From Octopus sinensis (taxonomy: Eukaryota): 64,000 nucleotides of DNA. Position numbers and translations under genes: made by a program. Shown in pieces: positions 1 to 12,340 of this stretch (its first letter is position 1; every line of letters starts with the position of its first letter). The notes beneath the pieces were generated by a model. The model was not told the origin of the DNA and did no database searches. It saw only the letters and a program-made list of their open reading frames with translations. Where the stretch lies: assembly GCF_006345805.1 (NCBI RefSeq), contig NC_042997.1:81034001-81098000 (forward strand), written 5' to 3'.

Positions 1-672
1 GGTGTATGCTGCCATAATCCTTGCCTTCAGTTCTTCTTTGGTGTTACAATGAGTTTTGTTGGTCTCTTACATATCTGCATCCCACACATAATAATTAAGG
101 GGATTGCAGTCTAGGGAGCTAGGTGGCCAGATGTTAGGGGTGATGTGGTCGCAGAAATTGTCTGAAAGCCATGACTGGGTTCTCCTGCTTGTGTGGCATG
201 GTGTAGAGTCCCGTCACTAAATGTAGGGTCTTCCAGCAGCCACCCTCTTGACCCAGGGCAGCACTACCTACTCCAGGTACTTGATGTAGGCCTCCGTGTT
301 GAGTGTGAAACTGTGTAGAAAGATAAATGGAGGCATAATGTTACCATCATTAGTGATCACTCCAAACACCATGATGTTGACTGGATGTTGGATTTTGATC
401 ACCCTCAGTACATGTCCTCAGATTGCACTGTCTTCAGATTGACATCCAAGCACTCTGAAATGTTTGTATTGGAGCTTCCAGCACAAATACCATGCAGTAC
501 AGAATGTTGTTTCCAAATTTTTGGTAGAGTGAATTGTGTCATGGTGTTGTTTTTTCTCAGATGGTGCCCAACTGACCCTACTTTACTATGTAGTTGACAA
601 AATCAAAAACAAACAATGGACATGCACGAAATTAAAAATATAGAATGGTGAAAATTTACCCACCATACTCTG
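1..672 (-). mobile_element. Tc1/mariner DD37D (maT-type) transposon remnant, internally deleted, runs off the left edge
   Basis: Minus-strand translation of 1-400 reads IKIQHPVNIMVFGVITNDGNIMPPFIF...RDSTPCHTSRRTQSWLSDNFCDHITPNIWPPSSLDCNPLNYYVW, with 37 residues between the second D and the third catalytic position (here N) and in-frame stops. An HTH-like N-terminus (MTQFTLPKIWKQHSV...) lies at about 420-545. TIR-like end CAGAGTATGGTGGGTAAATTTTCACC is followed by TA at 673-674. Confidence 0.8.
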
Positions 673-736
673 TATATGTATGCATATATATATATATGTA
701 TATATCAAAATAAGCAACAAGGATATCCAGCGGTAA

Positions 737-828
737 TGCAGTACCATCATTTCATGCAACTCCATTTAATTGAACAATGCAATTATTTCATTACATCAAT
801 TTAAAATGTAGAGCAATCCTCAGCTGCA
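737..828 (-). ncRNA. Type-I hammerhead ribozyme motif in a PLE-type terminal repeat fragment (about 705-900)
   Basis: Minus strand: stem I UGCAG/CUGCA (5 bp perfect), core CUGAGGA (823-817), GAAA (753-750), GUA cleavage triplet (744-742). Stem II is partly degenerate. Stem III UGAUGG looks like a decayed CGAUCG palindrome. Confidence 0.6.
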
Positions 829-1049
829 CAAAGACATAGAATTTAATTGAATTAGAACAGAAGGACACGTTATTATAATTTTACCTAAAATCTCCAAGAA
901 GTTAAGGAGATAGACAAAGAACATGTTGTACTAACAACATCATCCCCTCCCCCAATCTATGGGGCCTCTAGGCAACTGCCCAGTGTGCCTATGCTTTATT
1001 ATAGCACTGCATTGATACAGCTTGTCTCTGTCCCACATAAACAAAATAT

Positions 1050-1207
1050 CTTGTAATTCAATGCATGAGAACCAGCGGTATAATGTGTTTTCCTTGAAAC
1101 AAATAAGGGTTGGCTTGCAAAAAGGTATGCAGCCATAGAATACTGCATCAAGAAGGTTTGTCCAACCTTTGCCAGTATGGGAAAGGATATGTAAAACAAT
1201 GATTATT
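1050..1207 (+). mobile_element. Degenerate RTE-3'UTR/SINE tail fragment
   Basis: Resembles the ggttggcgttaggaagggcatccagctgtagaa...ccaacccatgctagcatggaaaacggacgttaaacgatgat tail seen intact at 52970-53106. Confidence 0.45.
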
Positions 1208-1532
1208 ATATGAATGTATTTTTCTTTGAGCTTTATTTAAGTTCTTTAGAGAGTTTAAGCCAGGTGCTAACAAAGAAACAAGGCTTTTTGAGTCAAGAGA
1301 GTTCCAAGTGTTTGTAAATATGTGGTTGAGTTAGTGTGTTGGTTGAGATGTCAGTGCACTCATTGAAATGTGTGCATCTATTCACCTAAAGAATCCCAGA
1401 TGGGGAATTTTTGGCATGTCTTACAAATCTTCTCTGTTCCACTAATAGATTGGAATTGGTGAATCTACAGCAGTTTCTTTTACTCTTTCTTTGAAAAACC
1501 TAATATTTCTAGAATTTTGTGTAAATTTGCAT

Positions 1533-1735
1533 GTATGTATGTATGTATGTATGTATGTATGTTTCTGTGTGTGTATGTATGTATGTATGTATGTATGTAT
1601 GTATGTATGTATGTATGTATGTATGTATGTATGTATGTATGTATGTATGTATGTATGTATGTATGCATGTATGTATACATATATATGTGTGTGTATATAC
1701 ATACATACATATAGATAGATAGATAGAGAGAGAGA
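1533..1735. repeat. Compound microsatellite (TATG)n/(ATAG)n/(AG)n
   Basis: Directly visible; source of the MYVC/YIHT pseudo-ORFs. Confidence 0.97.
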
Positions 1736-2565
1736 CTATGTTATAAAATTACTTCTCTAAAATTTATATGCGCCACTGTTTCGTGTCCATCAATAAGATA
1801 TTAAACATCAGTTGTTATTAGGTGAAAGCTATCAGAGTTGCTAGGAGTAATTTTATCTCCCACTAAAACCTTGATTCATCACTGAATGCAATAACATCAT
1901 AGACAGTAGCTAGATCAGAGAAGAGGAATGGAGATGTCAACAAATCTTTCGCTATGAATGAAATCTCATTATTCTTGTCACATTCAACATCATTTCACTT
2001 CATCTCCATACATGACTACTTTTCTTATTCTTTCTTTAAGTAAAATGAAGACAAAATAATATAAAGTAAAAAGCAAAAAAAAGAAAAGAAACAAATGAAG
2101 AAAAGAAAAGCCAAAAAGTTTATAGAAAGGAAAAAGAAATTGATAAAGCAGTAAGAGACTTGACAATGAATGAAATATATCTTCTGCTGAGCCACTAGAT
2201 TTTCAAAAACAAATTATTCAGAATTAATTGGTAATAGAGTCATCTTTAGCATCAATATCAGCAGCAGTGTAGTAACAACAGCAAACACAACAACAAATTC
2301 AACGTCTTCGTTGTTGTTTCCTGTTGTTTTTTGTAGTTATTTTTTATTTTTTTATAGATTATTCATTGAAAAAGAAGATATATGTGTTCTGTATGCTTAA
2401 TGAGATTTTTTTTCAAATATATGTTAATTACTCTCATGAAAATAGAAAAAATAATGTCAATGTTGGAGCCATTAAGTCTTTTGATCTCTCAATTGAAGTA
2501 GAAAGGAATATTTTATCATCCAGTTTGTAGGGATCTTAACAACTGCTTAGTTGCTTCACTCACAG

Positions 2566-2678
2566 TTTCTTAATATGGTTTCCATATCAATTGCATGCTG
2601 AGCTGGATCTGTTTAAGGCAAGGATCAACAAAGTGAACTTTATGACAATAGACTCGATCATTTCCTTTGAAATGCAAG
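2566..2678 (+). CDS. Candidate internal coding exon of an unidentified host gene (xFLIWFPYQLHAELDLFKARINKVNFMTIDSIISFEMQ/G)
   Basis: Acceptor ttgcttcactcacAG, 113-nt open frame in otherwise stop-rich AT-rich DNA, donor CAAG|GTAATC; no resemblance to a repeat I recognise. Protein not recognised. Confidence 0.35.
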
Positions 2679-2889
2679 GTAATCTTTAAGAAGAGAATTT
2701 ATTTATTTATTTATTGGCAGCTCAATTATTGCCTGGCTTTGGATTACAAATTACACAAATATAAAGGAGCTGCCATTCTTTGATAGCGTTTGCAACCAAT
2801 GTGTTTGTGCAAGAAATATTTTGCAAGAAATATAGTAATTGCATAGCAGTCAACAGATGGGTATAGACTTACCAATATTTGAAAACTAC

Positions 2890-3050
2890 ATATCGTTGTT
2901 GTTTAGCCCCATGTCAGCTTTGATGAAGCAGGCTTATGATCAAAACATTCCAGCATTGACCATCCTGTCTACTGCTCCAACAATATATCCAGTGCTACAT
3001 TAATTAATATATCCTTCACATTTTAAGATACTGTTTTAGGAAATTATGTT
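2890..3050 (-). repeat. Dispersed SINE/LINE 3'-end family (tgttgtttagccc...tatgatcaa...cattcca), second copy at about 51672-51880
   Basis: The two copies align by eye over about 100 bp; (CAA)n-type tail on the minus strand. Confidence 0.45.
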
Positions 3051-3216
3051 TATATATTTGTTTTGCAAGATTCTTGATGTGAAATGGTGTGTTGAAACAG
3101 ATATTGTTATATTTGAGGATAGTCTTTTGTTTTTTGTTTTTCTGCTAAACAAACACATGCACCATATATTTGTTCTTCACTTCAGATTTATTATTGTTCT
3201 TATTTTATTTTCCTTT

Positions 3217-3260
3217 GTCTGAAAATTTTTCACCACACATCCTGTGAACTCTTCAGGGAC
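3217..3260 (-). ncRNA. Degenerate minimal hammerhead-like motif
   Basis: Minus strand: GUCC-CUGAAGA-(18 nt weak stem II)-GAAA-AAUUU-UC-AGAC. Core nucleotides and a UUC triplet are present; stem II is mostly G.U pairs. Confidence 0.35.
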
Positions 3261-3767
3261 TCTCCATCCCATGTGATTCCTCCTGTTCTGTTTAGTTCAT
3301 TCTGACTTTCTATGGTTTTAGGAAAATTTAGCAGTTATTTCTAATAAATCAAGAGTTCATATAGAGAGGTCACTTGCTACCTGGCTTGATAATATATTAT
3401 CAGAATATAAAGCGGTGGATTTGTAAAAACAATGAATCGTTTGACTAAATGGATTTTAGTATTTCAATCAATCCCTCCATCTTCTGAGCTGCTCTGTCCA
3501 TGTAATGGAGGTCAATAAGGATGGCAACTATCATATATAGAGTGCACTAGTGTTAGCAGATGTGTTAAGGAAGTTATATTAACAGCAAAATGTAATGCAA
3601 ACTTCTATGCATGGCTTACGTACCAGAGTAACAAACTAAGACCAAATACCTTGACCTGATTGGCAAAAGAAACCCTGATCTAATATATTCTAATATATAT
3701 AACTTGATGTAAAGCAGTATATATGTACATTGCTTTACACAATTTGTATTAGATGCTATATATATAT

Positions 3768-4761
3768 ATCATCATCATCGTTGTTTAACGTCCGTTTTCC
3801 ATGCTAGCATGGGTTGGACGATTTTGACTGAGGGCTGGTGAACCAGATGGCTGCACGAGGCTCCAATCGTGATCTGTCAGAGTTTCTACAGCTGGATGCC
3901 CTTCGTAACACCAACCACTCCGAGAGTGTAGTGGGTGATTTTTACTTGCCACTGGCACGGGGGCCAGTCAGGTGGTACTGGCAATGACCTCACTCAAATC
4001 TTTTTACACGTGCCAGTGAAGTGACGTTGGTAATGATCATGCTTGAATGGTGCCCTTTTATGTGCCACTGGCACGGAAACCGGTTAGCCGCTCTGTCAAT
4101 GATCACACTCGTATCACACTTGCTAGCACGGATGCCAGTCATCGAATTGATTTTGATTTTGATTTCACTTGCCTCAACAGGTCTTCACAAGCAGAGTTTA
4201 GTGTCCAATGAAGGAAAGATATGCATAAGTGGGCTGGTTACACCCCTGGCATAGGCCACGAGGTTATGGTCTCATTTGGCTTGCCGGGTCTTCTCAAGCA
4301 CAGCATATTTCCAAAAGTCTCGGTCGCTAGTCATTTCCTTGGTGAGGCCTAATGTTCGAAGGTTGTGCTTCACCACTTCATCTCAGGTCTTCCTGGGTCT
4401 ACCTCTTCCACAGGTTCCCTTAACCGCTAGGGTGTGGTACTTTTTCACACAGCTATCCTCATCCATTCTTGCCACATGACCATACCAGCACAGTCGTCTC
4501 TCTTGCACACCACATTTGATGCTTCTTAGGTCCAACTTTTCTCTCAGGGTACTAACACTCTGTTGAGTATGCACACTGACATTACACATCCATCGGATCA
4601 TGCTGGCTTCATTCCTTGTGAGCTTACGCATGTCCTCAGCAGTCACAGCCCATATTTCACTGCCGTGTAGCATGGGTGTTTGTACACATGCATCATACAG
4701 TCTACCTTTTACTCTGAGCGAGAGGCCCTTTGTTACCAGCAGAGGTAAGAGCTCTCTGAAC
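3768..4761 (-). mobile_element. 5'-truncated RTE LINE (ORF2 C-terminus, 3'UTR, (GAT)n tail)
   Basis: ORF 4383-4763 FRELLPLLVTKGLSLRVKGRLYDACV...WYGHVARM...GRGRPRKT matches the other RTE copies; (ATC)n tail at 3768-3780 abuts (TA)n. Confidence 0.93.
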
Positions 4762-4775
4762 ATTTTTTCGTTATA

Positions 4776-4980
4776 AAGTGGTGAACTGGCAGAATCATTA
4801 GAATGCTGGGCAAAATGCTCAGCAGTATTTCATCTGTCTACATGTTCTGGGTTCAAAGTCAACTTTGCCTTTTGTCCTTTCTGGATCCATAAAATAAGTA
4901 CCAGTTGAGTACTAGGGTTGATGTGATTAACTTACCCCCTCCTCGAAATTACTGGCCTTGTGCCAAAATTTGAAATCAAT
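4776..4980 (+). mobile_element. tRNA-derived SINE with Nin/Deu-like central domain
   Basis: tRNA-like head ggtgaactggcagaatc...gggttcaaa plus tttgccttttgtcctttctggatccataaaataagtaccagtt; the same family recurs at 9191, 12040, 36136, 49445, 51890 and 62335. Confidence 0.75.
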
Positions 4981-5084
4981 ATGTTTTTATTATTTATCAC
5001 ACCTAATACAAATACATGTGTATTTACATACATACCCACACATCCCCACATATGCAGTATATATATATAGTTATATATATATAT

Positions 5085-5270
5085 TTTACTTGTTTCTGTC
5101 ATTAGATTGCAGTTATGCTGGAACACCATCTTCAAGGGTTTTTAGTTCAACAGATTGGCCCCATTAAATCTAGTATTAATTCTATCAGTTTTGCTGAACC
5201 ACTAAGTTATGGAAATGTTGACAAATCAACACCAGTTGTCAAATGGTGGTGATGGGTGGTGGGGGCACAC
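5085..5270 (-). mobile_element. 3' half of a Meta-type SINE
   Basis: Reverse complement aligns to the 3' half of the full copy at 34063-34485. Confidence 0.6.
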
Positions 5271-5544
5271 ACATAAGGATATAAATACACACACACACAT
5301 ATATATAGGCCAGTTGACATTGCCATAGTGGGAAACTATTCTCTCTCCCAAGCACTGCCATAGCAACTGCATTGTTTCTTTTGTGGTATGAGCAGTTATC
5401 CCATCTAACTGGAACTATGTGTGAAGTCTAATTTGAATGGCCTTCATTCTCCCCAGACTTGACTAGCTCAGAAAGTTTTGGAAAGACCATGGGCATGCGA
5501 AGCTGAAAATGACTACTATTTAAGCGATGTCATTTTTCATATGT

Positions 5545-5684
5545 GATGTAGTGGTGTTGCAAACTTTTAGGCTTATTAATTTCAATTATGTCCTTTATAT
5601 TGTATCAAAATTTCATTCATTTATTTGTAAAGTTAAGAAAGTTATTAAAAATTGAAACCCATCAGTGACTTTTAGGACACCCTG
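5545..5684. mobile_element. Tc1/mariner terminal fragment
   Basis: Ends in ...gtgacttttaggacaccctg (reverse complement CAGGGTGTCCTAAAAG, a typical Tc1/mariner TIR start) next to a TA-rich tract. Confidence 0.5.
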
Positions 5685-5859
5685 AATATATACATACATA
5701 CCTATATACATGTATAAACACACACATATATATATATACAAGTGAGTGGACAAATGAACTAATGAAAGAAAAGGGCACTCAACACATTTAGTAGGCATTA
5801 CATGCATTATTATTTAAAGTAGGCCTCAAAATCACTGTTACTACTTTTTATATTAAATA

Positions 5860-7225
5860 CACTGAGATCATGATGTTGGTTTACACCGAGATGATGGGTT
5901 GGGAATATTGCATATTCTCAATAAATTTAGGAAAAACCTCATTGATACCTTCAGTCAATTAGGCCTCAAGATCACTGTTTACAAACTGCCAAAGTCAAAC
6001 TTTCAGATGTTGCCCTTGATTTAAATTCCTGCTCTGACAAAAAAATTGAGAAACTCTCCTATATACACAAACAGTCTTATCACCCTTAGAGTGTTTAAAA
6101 ATCTGATAGTTAACATTAGTAATAGGATATCTAATTTCTCTTCTAAGGAAATATTTGATAAAGCAAACTCATACTATAACAATGCCCCAGCTAACAGTGA
6201 CTTTAAAGACAAAATATATTACAACCCTTCAAGTAAAAGTAAGTATCATAAAGACGGGCCAAGGAAAATAATATGGCTCTCCCCCATCCTCACCCACATT
6301 TTCTCCCTAAATGTTAAAACTAATGTAGCTAAGAAATTCCTATCTCTTTTAGATAAGCATTTCTCAGTAAACTACAACTACAGGAAGATTTTTAACAGAC
6401 ACTTAATTAAAGCATCACACATCCGCTGTCCTAATTTGTAGAACATTATCATTCATGAGCATCACCATTGTATATGAAGTAGAAGTAACAGCAACACTTC
6501 AAGATCACTTAACCAAAATGAAAAATTACATCAAATTATGTGAAAGTGATTTCAAATGACATTATGCAAACCACCTATCTTCTTTCTGGCACATCAGCCA
6601 AAGTAAAACCACTAAGTTAGCAAGCCACATATGGAATTTGAAAACCAACTGCACACCATATGCACTCATGTGAAGAATCATAGAGACAGCTATGCCATAT
6701 GTCAATGGGTCTAAGAAATGCAATTTATGTGTAACCGAAAGATCACATTCTTTTTAGATTTAAGAATTCCAACACACTGCTTAATTCCAGATCCAAAATT
6801 TTTAGAAAATGCAAACATATGGACAAATTTCTTTTGGCAAACTGGGGGACACTATCCTCTCTGGGTTGAGGAGCTGTCTCACAGACTTTGGACCCCTCTC
6901 TAGTGAATTATTCGACAACTAGCTCAATTATAGATTTATAGTAAAAGGAGACATAACTTTAATTTTCTTTATCTGTTTTTATTCACCTTTAAACTTTTTG
7001 CACTTACCTTCTCGTTTTTCTCATGATTTCTCTTGCACCAGCATCCTGTTTTGAAAATTAAATAGACCATATGCTCAGAGCCTGACAACTGCTTGGAGAC
7101 ATTAGCTATGTTATAAAAACCTGCCTAGGCCCACATCTCCAAGCAAAAAACTATTAGTAGCATGTATCTTTATACTGTGCACATTAAATAGCATTTTTCT
7201 CTCATAGGATGGAGTACTTTTTTGC
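5860..7225 (+). mobile_element. Penelope-like element remnant (RT C-terminus, GIY-YIG endonuclease, terminal repeat)
   Basis: LHRDDG (RT YRDD-type motif) at 5881-5898; NFxDV; IIW..P..FSLNVKTNVAKKFL; FNRHLIKAS; endonuclease tail HIWNLK...W..IIE.A.PYVNGSKKCNLC.TE at about 6625-6745; frameshifted. Confidence 0.85.
7071..7165 (+). ncRNA. Degenerate hammerhead in the PLE terminal repeat
   Basis: CUGACAA (G8>A), 10-bp stem II UGCUUGGAGA/UCUCCAAGCA, AAAA in place of GAAA, stem III ACU-AUU-AGU, GUA triplet. Confidence 0.45.
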
Positions 7226-8339
7226 TGATTCTATCTGTATTGGACACACACACACATACATGCATGTATATATGTATGTATAGATGTATGAGTATATATA
7301 TATATATATATACTCATACATCTATACATACATATATACATGCATGTATACATACATGCATACGTACATACATACATACATACATATGCACCTTCCATTT
7401 TTTAAGGTGATTTTTTAAAAAATATGTAAAAGTGCTCATGTTTATTGTTAAAACAGCAAAGTACATTATCTTCCTTCACCAATGATTACTGCTGGTTTCA
7501 ACATGAAATAAATTACTTAAAACCTGGTGATGTGTTAAACACACATCTACACACATAAACACACATCTACACACACCTGTACATTCACTTACACATGTAG
7601 ATATATACATGTGCAAATACACCTAAAGACATAGACACCAGCCCTTGCAATGTATGTGTATATGCATACAGTTTGATAATGCTCAAATAATGTGGATATT
7701 CATGCAGTTTAATAATGCTCAAAACAGCAAACAGACAATTATGGTACTGAGAATCCTTTTTCTTTCATTTTTTTTCTTTTAATATTCTTTTCTGCTTTAC
7801 AACAAAAAACAATAACAAGTTTTCTGAATGTTGACAACAAAGGAAAAGCAATTATAGTTGTCTTAACAATTGTCATTATTATTGTTGCTGCAACTGATGT
7901 TGTTGTTGTTTGTGTCTATGTTTTGTTTCATGTCCTTTCTTATTGCCTACCATTCTTACAGTTTGCTTTAAGACCAACTAAACTAATTGTGGACACAAAT
8001 AAAAAAAGAACCAGAATGTATCAACACATGAGCATCTTGTTTTTAAACATTTTATTTTATCATTATTTAAAATCAGGAATACATTTGTGGAATATAATAT
8101 TAAATGAAACAAGAATATCTGTTTGGTAATGGAGATGGTAAAAAGAAGCAGAGATGGGTGGGGGGAGTATGAGAACTATTTCCAAAACCAGAGGAAGTGA
8201 GACATTAATATGGGAATAGGCGAACATTTCATTGCAAAAATTATCAACAATAAATGTGCATGTGAGTGTGTACACATACGTACATATATACAAACAGACA
8301 CACAGACACATGCACACACATGCATACACATACACATAC

Positions 8340-8670
<331 letters not shown>

Positions 8671-9156
8671 CAACAAAAATCATATGGGAAAGAAAAGCTG
8701 CATTCATTGGGAATCATAAATGTAAGAAAAGGCTACAAATGATAAAAAGCACATGTCAAGCATTAATAATGAAGAAAATAATTTAGAATTAAGTCCTCAT
8801 CAGCTGTCTCATTATATATTATAGTAGTTTCAATGGCTCAGACAGAACTGCATCTCCTAGGGTATCAACAACTGTTGGACAGAGTTAGGCAAGAGATATA
8901 GGGAAGATGAGAGATCAAAGGAAAGAAAACAAGTAGTTGAGCAACAGTGACTAGGACCGAAAAAACACAAAGACAGATTTATGATTTATGATTTATAATT
9001 TAAACTGATGACTTCGAGTAAAGAAAAACACAGTTCTATTTATTATAAAATTAAACAAAATAAAATATATCTCCAGTAACAGAGGCTGTGTATAAATGTA
9101 AGAACTTTTGGCTTATTTATATAGATGAGTTGTGCAGCTGACAGTAGTTAAGAAAC

Positions 9157-9190
<34 letters not shown>

Positions 9191-9192
<2 letters not shown>

Positions 9193-9350
9193 ATTCCACC
9201 GAGGTCGACTTGGCCTTTCATCCTTTGTGGGGTCAATGAATTAAGTACCCCTTTCAGGATTGATAAATTAAGTACCAGTGAAACACTAGGGGTCGATGTA
9301 ATCAACTAATCTCCTCCCACAAAATTTCAAACCTTGTGCCTTTAGCAGAG
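9191..9350 (+). mobile_element. 5'-truncated Nin/Deu-like SINE between (TTA)n runs
   Basis: aaattccaccgaggtcgacttggcctttcatcc...aagtaccag...ggtcgatgtaatc, with a short internal duplication; flanked by (TTA)n at 9156-9190 and 9353-9424. Confidence 0.8.
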
Positions 9351-9353
9351 ATG

Positions 9354-9424
<71 letters not shown>

Positions 9425-9425
<1 letters not shown>

Positions 9426-10893
9426 TCCTTCTATCTTCAAATTTTCTTCCATTTCTCGCCGAGTGTTTTCCGTCCACCTAGGGCAGAGAAGATCATTGTA
9501 TGCATTCCCAGATTACACATGCAAGTTCACAGATAAAATATGTATTTAAAATAATTAATAAACAAATAAATTCATGAATGGATGTTGTTTTCACAGCGAT
9601 AATGCTCTTCTCAGTACATGAGTCGTTCCAGTTAACACGATTTTTTGCACTTCCTGTAGGGATGGTAAGACTGGTATCATTTTCAAATAGGTTTCAGTAC
9701 CTTTTTTTTTTATCATTCCTACTGATCCTACAATCACTGGTACTGTAGTTGCCTTGAGATGCCACATTTTTTCAATTTCTATTAGCAAGTCTTTATATTT
9801 ACTGATCTTGTCAAATTCTTTTGCCACTATATTGTGATCGCAAGGAATACTCATGTCAATTAATAAATACACCTTTTTTGTCAGATCTTTTATAATAATA
9901 TCTAGTTTGTTGGCTTTTATAGTTTTGTCAGTATGCACGGGGAAGTCCCAGAGAATTGACACATTTTCTCCCTCAGTCACAACTTCAGGATGGTGTTTAT
10001 ACCATTTGTCAGCGGTTTTGATTTTATAATGCCAACATATTGTCCAGTGTAAATACTGGCCGACTCCGTCATGTCTTGCTTTATATTCTACAGGTGCTAA
10101 GACTCTGCACCCAGAGATTAAGTGGTCTATAGTTTCAATCTCATTGTTACAGAATTGGCATTTTGGGTCAGCTCCATTTTTTATCACATTGGTTTGGTAG
10201 TTCCAGGTTAATAAGCTTTGGTCTTGAGCAGCTAATATGAAACCTTCACTCTCTGCTTTTAGTCCTGAGCTTCATAACCATTGATGCATGTTTCTGGTCG
10301 ACATCAGCTTGTTTCCTACGGGCCACATACTTGCCATGCAGAGGTTTCTGTTCCCATATGCTAGCTAATTTTTCATGTGCTTTTGTTTTTGCAATTAATT
10401 TTATTTTCTTTGCAGCAGCAGTTGGTGCATTTCCTTCAACCTAATCAGTCTGGTAGGTATCTAAGAGATCAGTAGTGAATTTTTTGCTCTCTTTCAGAAT
10501 AGCGTGAAGTTTTTTGGTTTTTTATGTTTTTCAACAAGTTTTAGCATCCAATCGTTGGTTGTTTCAAGGTATTTGGCCAGTTCGATTGTGGTGGTTTTGT
10601 ACGTAAGTTCAACCTCCCTGAACTCTGGGAAGGTAAAGATGATCCATGTCTGCCTTTGGATGGTGCATCCTATTACAAGTCAGTAGCTTGCAGATTTTTC
10701 TATCAATTTTTATTATTTCACTGGTATTCCAGTTAAGCACATTGAAGCTATAAAGAACAACTGGGACTGCTAAGGAATTTATGGCTAACACCTTATTATA
10801 TGCATTCAGTTCAGACTTCAGGACTGCTCGAACACTTCTATAACATTCCTTCCTAACCTCTTTCATGCTTGCATGCTGGATACCAAAGCCTTC
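9425..10893 (-). mobile_element. 5'-truncated R4/Dong-clade non-LTR retrotransposon (RT thumb, CCHC knuckle, restriction-like endonuclease)
   Basis: ORF 10609-10866 (...KVLAINSLAVPVVLYSF...HHPKADMDHLYLPRVQGG). ORF 9591-10187 has C-x2-C-x8-H-x4-C, RHD, LWD, NKLD (PD>LD), LIDMSIP, KISKY and ends VLRRALSL. Both junctions are (TAA)n. Confidence 0.88.
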
Positions 10894-10899
10894 TTCTTC

Positions 10900-10953
<54 letters not shown>

Positions 10954-11154
10954 TATTATTATTATTATTACTATTATTATTATTATTATATCTATCAATT
11001 ATTTAGTAATTATTTGTAATGATTCTAAGAAGTAGTAATGTCTTTGTACTCCATTCTAGAAGCTTTGTTCTTACTAGTGACAATTGTATGGATGGAGAAA
11101 TTTAAAGGATTCCTTTGGTACAGTGGTATAAATGAGACAAAGAGGTGGAATTCT

Positions 11155-11199
<45 letters not shown>

Positions 11200-11655
11200 C
11201 AGTCAAATTACTGTAACAACTAAAAGAATAAAAGAATGTATTTATATGTACACAGAGTTGTCTGTCTTGAAAAACCATACCACTTCCCCTTTAATTTTCC
11301 CTGTTGTTTGTACTATGTGTGAGTTTGTTCTATTAACATATAAATATCTACATATTCATACTTGAATATTGATTGTCTGAAAATTTTCAGTCTTTGCTTT
11401 CTTTCATGTATATGTATTTTGCATATCAAACCCAAGCTGTTCCGTTTGTTTATTCACATAATTGTCTCCATATCTGCTCACCTGGATTCCTTTTATAGCC
11501 ACTCTTCACCCAACAGACTTGGTCCCTCCTAATGATGTTAGAGTCTGAGTTTGAATCATTTTGAGTGCTACTACATGTTTTCTGTATCAAGAATCTCTGG
11601 ATCTCGTCTGTTGACTCTCTCTCTCTCTCTTTCACTTCTCCCTCTCTCTTTCACT

Positions 11656-11720
<65 letters not shown>

Positions 11721-12039
11721 TATGTGGTACAGCTTCAACAAGAAGAATCGAATAGAACAGCACTTGACCAGCTAAGAGAGTAAAAATAATGGTATTTATG
11801 ATGAGGCAAAATTCCGCAAAAAACATAATAAATGGTTTGCAGTCAAACTTGCAAAGACAAAACTTTTAGTGCTATCTGGGAAGATGTTTGATATACAGAA
11901 AAGGAATATATAAGAAATGTATAGTGGGCAACCAATGCATACTATGACTGCACAAAAGGTGCCGTGGGATACTTGATGGCAGATTCTATTAACTGTTAAC
12001 AAATGAGTTGTTGAGGTGAATCTTGTAACAATATAATGG

Positions 12040-12340
12040 TTTCCAATTTTGACGCAAAGTCAGCAAGTTCGGAGTAGAGTGTAAGTCAAATAACATTGAC
12101 CCCAGTGCTCAATTGGTACTATTTTATCAACCCCAAAAGGATGAAAGGCATCAGTGGAATTTGAACTCAGAATGTAAAGATGGATGAAATGCCCGGCATG
12201 GAAATGATTCTGCCAGATTATAAAATAATGAAAGGCAAATTTCACATTGGAAAGAATTGAACTCAGAACATAAAGAGTTAAGAGAAATCACAAAGCATTT
12301 TGCCTGATACCCAACGTTTATGCCAATTCCCCAACCTTGT
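12040..12340 (-). mobile_element. Two adjacent Nin/Deu-like SINE fragments
   Basis: The motif aaaggatgaaaggca...gaatttgaactcagaa occurs twice (about 12135-12175 and 12228-12270). Confidence 0.7.

Noticed and set aside
955-1010. hAT-like terminal sequence (ggcaactgcccagtgtgcc...gcactg)
   Set aside because: Single degenerate end, no partner TIR or TSD found.
8770-8810. Minus-strand CTGATGA-GGA-CTTAA-TTC as a hammerhead
   Set aside because: UAAA instead of GAAA, 3-bp stem II, no stem I or III; compatible with chance.
11733-11779. Candidate exon LQQEESNRTALDQLR
   Set aside because: Weak polypyrimidine tract and donor; phase does not chain to the other candidates.
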